A DNA stretch of 37,350 nucleotides from assembly GCF_028641065.1 (NCBI RefSeq), contig NW_026575662.1:1-37350 (forward strand), in the 5' to 3' direction. The position numbers and the translations under genes are program-made. This DNA is from Leucoraja erinacea. Its lineage: Eukaryota. This document shows positions 12,233 through 22,246 of this stretch, one piece after another; the stretch's first letter is position 1; the number at the start of each line of letters is the position of its first letter. The notes under the pieces were generated by a model. That model was given only the letters and a program-made list of their open reading frames with translations, was not told the origin of the DNA and made no database searches.

Positions 12233-13001
12233 ATATAACCATATAACCATAGAACCATATAACAATTACAGCACGGAAACAGGCCATCTCGACCCTTCTA
12301 GTCCGTGCCGAACACATAATCTCCCCTAGTCCCATATACCTGCGCTCAGACCATAACCCTCCATTCCCTTCCCATCCATATAACTATCCAATTTATTTTT
12401 AAATGATAAAAACGAACCTGCCTCCACCACCTTCACTGGAAGCTCATTCCACACAGCTACCACTCTCTGAGTAAAGAAGTTCCCCCTCATGTTACCCCTA
12501 AACTTCAGTCCCTTAATTCTCATGTCATGTCCCCTTGTTTGAATCTTCCCTACTCTCAGTGGGAAAAGCTTTTCCACGTCAACTCTGTCTATCCCTCTCA
12601 TCATTTTAAAAACCTCTATCAAGTCCCCCCTTAACCTTCTGCGCTCCAAAGAATAAAGCCCTAACTTGTTCAACCTATCTCTGTGACTTAGTTGCTGAAA
12701 CCCAGGCAACATTCTAGTAAATCTCCTCTGTACTCTCTCTATTTTGTTGACATCCTCTCCTATAATTAGGCGACCAAAATTGTACACCATACTCCAGAAT
12801 TGGCCTCACCAATGCCTTGTACAATTTTAACATTACATCCCAACTTCTATACTCAATGCTCTGATTTATAAAGGCCAGCACACCAAAAGCTTTCTTTACC
12901 ACCCTATCTATATGAGATTCCACTTTCAGGGAACTGTGCACAGTTATTCCCAGATCCCTCTGTTCACCTACATTCTTCAATTCCCTACCATTTACCATGT
13001 A
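12233..13001 (-). mobile_element. CR1 family A (A1), 5'-truncated
   Basis: YMVNGRELKNVGEQRD...GLSAGIWD with one frameshift, plus tail. Confidence 0.92.
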
Positions 13002-13679
13002 TTGCAGAGCAGGACTAACCATTTAGGATATGTTTCCATATGTACTCTATTGTGCTGCTGCAAGTAAGAATTTCATTGTTCTATCTGGCACATATGACAA
13101 TAAAACACTCTTGCCTTAACTCTTGATTCTTGCACAAGTTTGTTCACATGCTAATCCAGATGGTCGAGAGTTGGCGGCTCGACGCTCTGTTTCTTTGAAA
13201 TATGACTTCCTGATTATTAAACCACAGAGCAAAGGATACTGCTGTTAGTCCTGCTCTGCAGCAAAGAAAGCCGCAGACTGATAAGCAGAACAATGGGCTG
13301 TACATGAAGCAAATGGTGTGTTGGTTACATGAAGTGGGTCGCAGGTCACACGGTACATCTTCTTGCAATGACCACTTCTCAGTTCAATTATTCGACCAAT
13401 GTTAGCCAGTGTTTTATCTTCCAAAAAATAAACTTCATTCAGACTGAAACATACAAAAACAAAAACCATGGAGGAATCTCCCTAAGATGTCCAAACAGCA
13501 TTGGAACAGGCTCTTCAACCCATCAAGTCCATGCTGGCCATCAAACATCACTGTGGCACAGTGGTAGAGTTGCTACCTTACAGCGCTGGAGACTGGGGTT
13601 CAATCCTGACAACCTGCAGGGTTATTCAAGAGCCTGAGGGTCAAAAGTGAGAGAAGGTCAAAAGCCCCTGAGTACACTC

Positions 13680-14678
13680 CTGAGGGAGTGCAGCGTAGGT
13701 TCACCAGGTCAATTCCTGGGATGGTGGGACTGACATATGATGAACGAATGGATCAACTGGGCTTACATTCACTGGAATTCAGACGGATGAGAGGGCATCT
13801 TTGAGAAACATTTAAAATTATTAAGGGATTGGACAGGATAGATACAGGAGAAATGTTCCCGATGTTGGGGGGAGTCCAGAATCAGGGGTCATAATCTAAG
13901 AATAATGGGTAGGCCATTTAGGACTGAGATGAGGAAAAACTTTTTTACCCAGAGAGTTGTAAATCTGTGGAATTATCTGCCACAGAAGGCAGTGGAGGCC
14001 AATTCACTGCATGTTTTCAAGAGAGAGTCAGATTTAGCCATTAGGCTAACGGAATGGTGAACTTCACCGCTGCACCATCGAGAGCATCCTTACCAACTGC
14101 ATCACAGTATGGTATGGCAACTGCTCTGTCTCCGACCGGAAGGCATTGCAGAGGGTGGTGAAAATTGCCCAACGCATCACCGGTTCCTCGCTCCCCTCCA
14201 TTGAGTCTGTCCAAAGCAAGCGCTGTCTGCGGAGGGCGCTCAGCATCGCCAAGGACTGCTCTCACCCCAACCATGGACTGTTTAACCTCCTACCATCCGG
14301 GAGGCGCTACAGGTCTCTCCGTTGCCGAACCAGCAGGTCGAGGAACAGCTTCTTTCTGGCGGCTGTCACTCTACTCAACAACGTACCTCGGTGACTGCCA
14401 ATCACCCCCCCCCGGACACTTATTATTATTTATTCAAATCGTTTGCTATGTCGCTCTTCCAGGGAGATGCTAAATGCATTTCGTTGTCTCTGTACTGTAC
14501 ACTGACAATGACAATTAAAATTGAATCTGAATCTGAATCTGAACCTGAATTAAGGGATATGGGGAGAAAGCAGGAACCAGGTACAGATTCTGGATGATCA
14601 GCCATGATCATATTGAATTACGGTGCTGGCTCGAAGGGCCAAATGGCCTACTCCTGCAGTTACTCTGTATGTTTCTGT
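13680..14678 (+). mobile_element. Older CR1 (B-related) with a nested Rex1 element
   Basis: gagggagtgcagcgtaggttcacc...gaggccaattcactg, resuming at about 14546 with ggatatggggagaaagcagg...gaagggccaaatggcctactcctg. Confidence 0.8.
14055..14545 (+). mobile_element. Rex1/Babar LINE 3' end
   Basis: CTIESILTNCITVWYG...LQRVVKIAQRITG...LLPSGRRYRS and (ATCTGA)n tail. Confidence 0.85.
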
Positions 14679-14849
14679 CTGAAAGGGAAGAAGCTGTTTT
14701 TAAATGTGGGGGTCAGTTTTTGGGCTCCAGTACCTTTTTCCTGAGGGTGGCAGTGAGGTGAGTGTGTGGCCAGGGTGGTGTGGATCTTTGATGACAATGG
14801 ATGCCTTCTTCAGGTCCACTGGTAAAGACTTTATATAAATGCACAGTGC

Positions 14850-15012
14850 CGGGCGAAACGGTGGCGCAGCGGTAGAGTTGCTGCCTCACAGACCAGAGAC
14901 CCAGGTTCAATCCCGACTACAGATTTGCAGGTTAATTGGCTTTGGCAAAATTGTGTAGGATGGTGCTAGTGTACGGAGTTTGTGCGTTCTCCCCGTAACC
15001 TGCGTGGGTTTC
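14850..15012 (+). mobile_element. Rearranged V-SINE
   Basis: gtggcgcagcggtagagttgctgcctcacag head, with central segments out of order. Confidence 0.65.
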
Positions 15013-15464
15013 GACTGAGTCTGTGCTGACCAGTGATCATAGAAACATAGAAACATAGAAATTAGGTGCAGGAGTAGGCCATTCGACCCTTACTGTGAGT
15101 TGGGGAAGGAACATGATGAAAGACACTATGGAGGTGCAACTAAAAGACTAAGGACTGAACATAGCGATCAGACAAAGACATTGGGCATTCAATGAACAAC
15201 TTTCACACAGAACACACAGCTGAAATAGGCTTGCTTATCTATATAGGGCGATTGGAATGTACCAAGCACCACGAGCATTATGAAGGAATCACATTGTGCC
15301 TGGGTTGTTATCAGTTGCAACCAAAGATCCTATAGCAGATGCTCAGCAGCTTTGAGCTCAGCAGCTGCTCCTTGTCACTGTGTGTTTGGTAAACCTGTTC
15401 TCAGGCACTTAACGGTTCATTGGCAGAATGAGGCTGAATGCAAATTGCAGGAACTGTATCTCAC

Positions 15465-15871
15465 GTCTGAAGAAGGGTCTTGACCCGAAATGTAACCTAT
15501 TCCTTCGCTCCACAGATGCTGCCTCACCCGCTGAGTTTCTCCAGCATTTTTATCTAACTTCAATTTTGCTTGGTCAGTGGTATGATATTGATCACTCTAA
15601 CTTCATGTAACCCCCTCTCTCTCTATCCCTCCCCCACCCAAGAAGCACTAGCTTCTCATTTTCACCCAACAAACAGCTGACAATGGCCTTTTTCTTTTAT
15701 CAGCGTTACATTTTTGCATATCTTCCTTATTCCTTAACACTCCACATCACCATCTATATCTTATACCTAACTAGTCTGACGAAGGGTCTCGACCTGAAAC
15801 GTCACCCTTTCTTTTTCTCCAGAGATGTTGCCTGTCCCACTGAGTTACTCCAGTGTTTTGTGTCTATGTGT
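15465..15871 (+). mobile_element. Penelope-like element end with two tandem hammerhead-bearing terminal repeats
   Basis: ctgaagaagggtcttgacccgaaa near 15467 and ctgacgaagggtctcgacctgaaacgtc at 15776. Between them lies a remnant of the endonuclease C-terminus (IDHSNFM*) like that at 25667-25855. Confidence 0.7.
15776..15803 (+). ncRNA. Minimal hammerhead-ribozyme core motif
   Basis: CUGACGA-A-GGGU(CUCG)ACCU-GAAAC-GUC. Confidence 0.55.
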
Positions 15872-16070
15872 ATTAACCATATAATAACCATATAACAATT
15901 ACAGCACGGAAACAGGCCATCTCGACACTTCTAGTCCGTGCCGAACACATAATCTCCCCATGTCCCATATACCTGCGCTCAGACCATAACCCTCCATTCC
16001 CTTCCCATCCATATAACTATCCAATTTATTTTTAAATGATAAAAACGAACCTGCCTCCACCACCTTCACT
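15872..16070 (-). mobile_element. CR1 family A (A1) 3' end
   Basis: VKVVEAGSFLSFKNKLDSYMDGK and tail. Confidence 0.88.
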
Positions 16071-16119
16071 TGTTCGATGTTCAATCCACAGCACCAGGGT
16101 GAAGTGTGGACATAGAATA

Positions 16120-16304
16120 ATGTCATAGAGATACAGTGTGGAAACAGGCCTTTCAGCCCAACTTGCCCACACTGGCCATCATGTCCCAGCTACACTAGTC
16201 CCACCTGCCTGTGTTTGGTCCATATCCCTCCAAACTTGCCCTATCCATGTAACTGTCTTGCTGTTTCTTAAACATTGGTGTTATCCGTGCCTCAGTTACC
16301 TCCT
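16120..16304. repeat. 185-bp direct duplication, copy 1 (copy 2 at 16936-17120)
   Basis: Aligned by eye, with 3 substitutions and no indels. Confidence 0.92.
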
Positions 16305-16935
16305 AGAAACATAGAAACATAGAAATTAGGTGCAGGAGTAGGCCATTTGGCCCTTCGAGCCTGCACCGCCATTCAATATGATCATGACTGATCATCCAAC
16401 TCAGTATCCCGTACCTGCCTTCTCTCCATACCCCGTGATCCCCTTAGCCACAAGGGCCACATCTAACTCCCTCTTAAATATAGCCAATGAACTGGCCTCA
16501 ACTACCCTCTGTGGCAGAGAGTTCCAGAGATTCACCACTCTCTGTGTGAAAAAAGTTCTTCTCATCTCGGTTTTAAAGGATTTCCCCCTTATCCTTAAGC
16601 ATGTGACCCCTTGTCCTGGACTTCCCCAACATCGGGAACAATCTTCCTGCATCTAGCCTGTCCAACCCCTTAAGAATTTTGTAAGTTTCTATAAGATCCC
16701 CTCTCAATCTCCTAAATTCTAGAGAGTATAAACCAAGTCTATCCAGTCTTTCTTCATAAGACAGTCCTGACATCCCAGGAATCAGTCTGGTGAACCTTCT
16801 CTGCACTCCCTCTATGGCAATAATGTCCTTCCTCAGATTTGGAGACCAAAACTGCACGCAATACTCCAGGTGTGGTCTCACCAAGACCCTGTACAACTGC
16901 AGTAGAACCTCCCTGCTCCTATACTCAAATCCTCT
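16305..16935 (-). mobile_element. CR1 family B, 5'-truncated
   Basis: ORFs 16401-16652(-) and 16573-16896(-), plus (CATAGAAA)n tail. Confidence 0.92.
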
Positions 16936-17290
16936 ATGTCATAGAGATACAGTGTGGAAACAGGCCTTTCAGCCCAACTTGCCCACACTGGCCATCATGT
17001 CCCAGCTACACTAGTCCCACCTGCCTGTGTTTGGTCCATATCCCTCTAAACTTGCCCTATCCATGTAACTGTCTTGTTGTTTCTTAAACATTGGTGTTAT
17101 CCCTGCCTCAGTTACCTCCTCTGGCAGCTTGTTCCATACACCCACCATCCTTTGTGTGAGAAGGTTACCCCTCAGATTCCTATTAAATCTTTCCCCCTTC
17201 ACTTTGAACATATGTCCTCTGGTCGTTGATTCCCCTACTCTGGGCAGGAGATTCTGTGCATCCACTGATTCTATTCCTCTCATGATTCTA
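16936..17290 (-). mobile_element. Older CR1 3' end
   Basis: ORF 17011-17283(-) MRGIESVD...GYGPNTGRWD. Confidence 0.8.
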
Positions 17291-17530
17291 TATCCCCTGT
17301 GGTGATCTCACTCAGACCTGGCCTTGGCTTCCTTCAGAACCAGGTCATGATAGATTATAGTTTCCAGCCTCAGTGTAAATAACTATTATCTCTCCCGTTC
17401 ATAAACTGTTGATGCGGGGGGTGATTTGATTCAGAGGCGGAACATTTAGTCAGTGTCTTTATGATGACAGGAAGTTGCAAAATCGTGCAGGAAACATGCA
17501 GCCAACCCAGAGCAAAGATTGTTTCTCCAA

Positions 17531-18269
17531 TAGAGTAATTTCACCAAAGGTCAAATGAGCGTAGATCCCCCCTCACGTGACCGAAAATTTTAACTGGAGG
17601 ACATATCTCAGATCGGTACATGTTAGTGAATGGGGAAACACGCACTTTCCCACCCGTTAAAAACATGGAAAACGGCCGATTTTTGAGCTGAAATTTTCTG
17701 TGCTAGTCGGGGTGACCGTGAAGCACAGCGACCTAAATTTTCAGGCAAAAAAAAAGATAGAAAGTAAGTAATTATAAGAGGGAACTGAAGGTAGAAAGCG
17801 GTGGAAGTGAACAGCTGACATTTGCCATGGAGATTTTAAGATCCAAAATATCGGGAATTATCGCGTTTGCTCGCTGAATTTCATCAAAAGTAAGTTAATA
17901 ATGCCTTACTTTTGATGAAATTCAGCGAGCAAACGCGATAATTCCCGATATTTTGGGTCTTAAAATCTCCACGGCAAATGTCAGCTGTTCACTTCCGCTG
18001 CTTTCTACCTTCAGTTCCCTCTTGTAATTACCTTACTTTCTATCTTTCTTTTTGCCTGAAAATTTAAGTCGATGTGCTTCACGGTCACCCCGACTAGCAC
18101 AGAAAATTTCAGCTAAACAATCGGCTGTTTTCCATGTTTTTAACGGGTGGGAAAGTGCGTGTTTCCCCATTCGCTAACATGTACCGATCTGACATATGTC
18201 CTCCAGTTAAAATTTTCGGTCACGTGAGGGGGGATCTACGCTCATTTGACCTTTGGTGAAATCACCCTA
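17531..18269. mobile_element. 739-bp fold-back (palindromic) non-autonomous DNA transposon, possibly Academ-like
   Basis: Arms 17531-17894 and 17905-18269 are near-perfect reverse complements around a 10-nt spacer (ttaataatgc). Termini are TAG...CTA. The superfamily call is inferred from termini only. Confidence 0.85.
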
Positions 18270-18279
18270 TAGCATTGCT

Positions 18280-19075
18280 ATGAGAATGCAGGATGACTTG
18301 GATAGGTTGGGTGAGTGGGCAGATGCATGGCAGATGCAGTTTAATGATAAATGTGAGGTTATCCACTTTGGTAGCAAAACAGGAAGGCAGATTACTATCT
18401 AAATGGTGTCAAGTTGGGAAAAGGGGAAGTACAAAGGGATCTGGGAGTCCTTGTTAATCGGTCAATGAATGTAAGCATGCAGGTACAGCAGGCAGTGAAG
18501 AAAGCCAATGGCATGTTGACCTTTATAAACAGAAGAGGAGTTGAGAATAGGAGCAAAGACATCCTTCCGCAGTTGTACAGAGCCCTAATGAGACCACATC
18601 TGGAGTCTTGTGTGCAGTTTTGGTCTAGTAATTCAGGCCCGTACGAAGCTTTCAAAAAGGGGGGTGGCATGACAGGATTACAAAAATTTAATGTGAAATA
18701 GTGTGCGCGCTGCACACATCATGAGCGTGAAGCATGAACTACCTCAATGCCAAGCTCTGGGGTTTTAAAAGCTCTCTGATGCATTCTGAGCCTTATTTTG
18801 GAGCATTTTTGCACCAAATTTATGACCAATATTTCAGAAATTAACAGGAATCTGAGAGGTAGCTTTCACACAAAGGGTGCTGGGTGTATGGGGGTAGTTA
18901 AGACTGGGCCTATCAAAATGTTTAAGAGACATTTGGACACGTACATGGATAGGACAGATTTAGATGGATATGGGCCAAACGCGTGTGAGTGGGACTAGTT
19001 TAGATGGGACATGTCGGTCTGTGTGGGGAAGTTGGGCTGAAGGGCCTGTTTCCACACTGCATCATTCTATGACTA
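18280..19075 (+). mobile_element. Older CR1 fragments separated by an unclassified insert (about 18630-18840)
   Basis: EVQRDLGVLV...HLESCVQFWS at 18414-18626 and FKRHLDTYMD...WD at 18840-18998. Confidence 0.7.
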
Positions 19076-19590
19076 AAAAGTTAAGAAGGAAAATGCATGT
19101 AGATAAGTAGAGCAGATTTAGAAACATAGAAACATAGAAAATAGGTGCAGGAGTAGGCAAAATAGGAACCTCCCTGCTCCTATACTCAAATTATTTTGCT
19201 AAGAATGCTAACATACAACTCGCTTTCTTCACTGCCTGCTGCACCTGCATGCCTACTTTCAATGACTGGTGTACCATGACACCCAGGCCTCGTTGCATCT
19301 CCCCTTTTCTTAATTGAAAGAGGAGTGAATTGTAAAGGCAGAGAGAGGTTTATGGGTGGAAAGGACAATAGGAAAGGAGGGGGGAGAGTGGGCTTGGGCA
19401 GATGGGTGAAGGGAAAATAGACACAAAGTGCTCGAGTAACTCAGTGGGACAGGCAGCATCTGCGGAGAATATGGACATTTTTCAGGAGGAGATTGATAGA
19501 TTCTTGATTGATATGGGTGTCAGAGGTAACGGGGAGAAGGCAGGAGAATTTGTTTGAGAGGGAAAGATAGATAGAGCCATAGTGATACAA

Positions 19591-20417
19591 AGAAACATAG
19601 AAATTAGGTGCAGGAGTAGGCCATTCGGCCCTTCGAGCCTGCACCGCCATTCAATATGATCATGGCTGATCATCCAACTCAGTATCCTGTACCTACCTTC
19701 TCTCCATACCCCCTGATCCCTTTAGCCACAAGGGCCACACCTAACTCCGTCTTAAATATAGCCAATGAACTGGCCTCAACTATCTTCTGTGGCAGAGAAT
19801 TCCAGAGATTCACCACTCTCTGTGTGAAAAATGTTTTTCTCATCTCGATCCTGAAGGATTTCCCCTTTATCCTTAAACTGTGACCCCTTGTCCTGGACTT
19901 CCCCAACATCGGGAACAATCTTCCTGCATCTAGCCTGTCCAACCCCTTAAGAATTTTGTAAGTTTCTATAAGTTTCTATAAGATCCCCCCTCAATCTCCT
20001 AAATTCTAACGAGTACAAGCCGAGGCTATCCAGTCTTTCTTTATATGAAAGTCCTGACATCCCAGGTATTAGTCTGGTGAACCTTCTCTATGGCAAGAAT
20101 GTCTTTCCTCAGATTTGGAGACCAAACTGTACGCAATGCTCCAGGCGTGGTCTCACCAAGACCCTGTACAACTGCAGTAGAACCTCCCTGCTCCTATACT
20201 CAAATCCTTTTGCTATGAATGCTAACATACCATTCACTTTCTTCACCGCCTGCTGCACCTGCATGCCTACTTTCAATGACTGGTGTACCATGACACCCAT
20301 GTCTCGTTGCATCTCCCCTTTTCCTAATCGGCCACCATTTAGATAATAGTCTACTTTCATGTTTTTGCCACCAAAGTGGATAACCTCACATTTATCCACA
20401 TCATGCTGCATCTGCCA
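19591..20417 (-). mobile_element. CR1 family B, 5'-truncated
   Basis: WQMQHDVDKCEVIHFG...GYGEKVGTGY and tail. Confidence 0.9.
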
Positions 20418-20419
20418 TA

Positions 20420-20978
20420 CAGTGGAGAAACAGGCCCTTCGGCCCTGCATGTCCTATCCCCACATCCCACCTGCCCACGTTTGATCCATATCCCTCCAAA
20501 CCTGTCCTATCCATGTACCTGTCTAACTGTTTCTTAAATGTTGCGCTAGTCCATGCCTCAACTACCTCCTCTGGCAGCTTGTTCCATACACCTACCACCC
20601 TTTGTGTGAAAAAACATACCCCTTAGATTCTTATTAAATCATTTGCCGTTCAGCTTAAACTTATGTCCTCTGCTCCTCGATTCACCTACTCTGGGCAAAA
20701 GACTCAACCATAGCTATTCAAATCATGATTTTATACACCTCTATTAGATCATCCCTCATCCTCCTGTGCTCCATGAAATAGAGTCCCAGCCTACTCAACC
20801 TCTCCCTATAGCTCTGGCCCTCTAGTGCTGGCAACATCCTCGTAAATCTCCACTGTACCCTTTCCAGTTTGAGGACATCTTTCCGATAACATGGTGCCCA
20901 GAGCTGAATACAATACTCTGAATGCGGCCTCACCACCTTCTTATGCAACTGCAACATGACCTCCCAACCTCCATACTC
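20420..20978 (-). mobile_element. Older CR1 3' portion
   Basis: ORFs 20718-20957(-) and 20401-20598(-). Confidence 0.8.
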
Positions 20979-21049
20979 AGCCTGACCCGCTGAGTTACTC
21001 CAGCACTCTGTGAAACGTCACAGAACAGGGCAAGATTAGCAAGTTTTGA

Positions 21050-21791
21050 TAGGGAATTGAAGAATACAGTTGAACAGAGGGATCTGGGTATAACCGTGCA
21101 TAGTTCCTTGAAGGTGGAATCTCATATAGATAGGGTGGTAAAGAAAGCTGGTGTGCTGGACTTTATAAATCAGAGCATTGAGTATAGAAGCTGGGATGTA
21201 ATGTTAAAATTGTACAAGGCATTGGTGAGACCAAATCTGGAGTATGGTGTACAATTTTGGTCACCCAATTATAGGAAGGATGTCAACAAAATAGAGAGAG
21301 TACAGAGGAGATTTACTAGAATGTTGCCTGGGTTTCAGCAACTAAGTTACAGAGAAAGGTTGAACAAGTTAGGGCTTTGTTCTTTGGAGCGCAGAAGGTT
21401 AAGGGGGGACTTGATAGAGGTTTTTAAAATGATGAGAGGGATAGACAGAGTTGACGTGGAAAAGCTTTTCCCACTGAGAGTAGGGAAGATTCAAACAAGG
21501 GGGCATGACATGAGAATTAAGGGACTGAAGTTTAGGGGTAACATGAGGGGGAACTTCTTTACTCAGAGAGTGGTGGCTGTGTGGAATGAGCTTCCAGTGA
21601 AGGTGGTGGAGGCAGGTTCGTTTTTATCATTTAAAAATAAATTGGATAGTTATATGGATGGGAAGGGAATGGAGGGTTATGGTCTGAGCGCAGGTATATG
21701 GGACTAGGGGAGATTATGTGTTCGGCACGGACTAGAAGGGTCGAGATGGCCTGTTTCCGTGCTGTAATTGTTATATGGTTATATGGTTATA
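21050..21791 (+). mobile_element. CR1 family A, mosaic (mostly A2 5' part, A1 3' part), abutting the Ig V exon
   Basis: ORF 21057-21707. The tail (ttatatgg)n runs directly into ttagagtgg, the LEW codons. Confidence 0.92.
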
Positions 21792-22074
21792 TTAGAGTGG
21801 CGTTTACACAACAGCACAACTCCGCTTGTGAGACTGAGCCGATCAAACTGCCCTCCACACACTGACCGACCCGCTTGTAACTGTTCAGTTCGCTGGACGA
21901 CCAGACCATCCCACACGGGGCGAGTCCAACTCTACCCCGTGAATGGGTCCCTGTTACTGCGGGATTTACGGCGCAGTGACAGCGGAGTGTACGAGATATC
22001 GGTTTACAGCGGCGGTAACAGCAGCGTGAAAGACACCGTGACATTAACGGTCTACAATCACCACACAGAGACAG
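21792..22074 (+). CDS. Ig V-set domain exon (strands C-G only) of a putative CD2/SLAM/CEACAM-like receptor; 5' part missing next to a CR1 insertion
   Basis: Translates LEWRLHNSTTPLVRLSRSNCPPHTDRPACNCSVRWTTRPSHTGRVQLYPVNGSLLLRDLRRSDSGVYEISVYSGGNSSVKDTVTLTVYNHHTET. C-strand Trp, GRVQL, NGSLLLRDL and DSGVY are V-set motifs, and the F-strand Cys is replaced by Ile. Ends at phase-1 donor ACAG|gtagga (GT at 22075). Confidence 0.85.
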
Positions 22075-22189
22075 GTAGGAACCGGCGGAGCGTTCACACA
22101 CAGAGGGGACAATTAAATCATGAAAGTCCAAATAGCAATGGGGTAACAAAGCGGGGTAATTAAAGTGAGAGTAACCCCTTCCCTCCCAT

Positions 22190-22246
22190 CGGCGCAGCGG
22201 TAGAGTTGCTGCCTCACAGCGCCGGAGACCATTGTTCCATTCTCAC
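22190..22246 (+). mobile_element. V-SINE head, interrupted
   Basis: ggcgcagcggtagagttgctgcctcacagcgcc. Confidence 0.65.

Noticed and set aside
18630-18840. Possible missing 5' half of the Ig V exon
   Set aside because: No acceptor or A/B-strand-like translation was found. It looks like an unclassified insert between CR1 relics.
21768-22163. ORF as a standalone 131-aa gene
   Set aside because: The N-terminus (MLYGYMVI) is CR1 tail and the part after 22074 is intron. Only the middle is exon.
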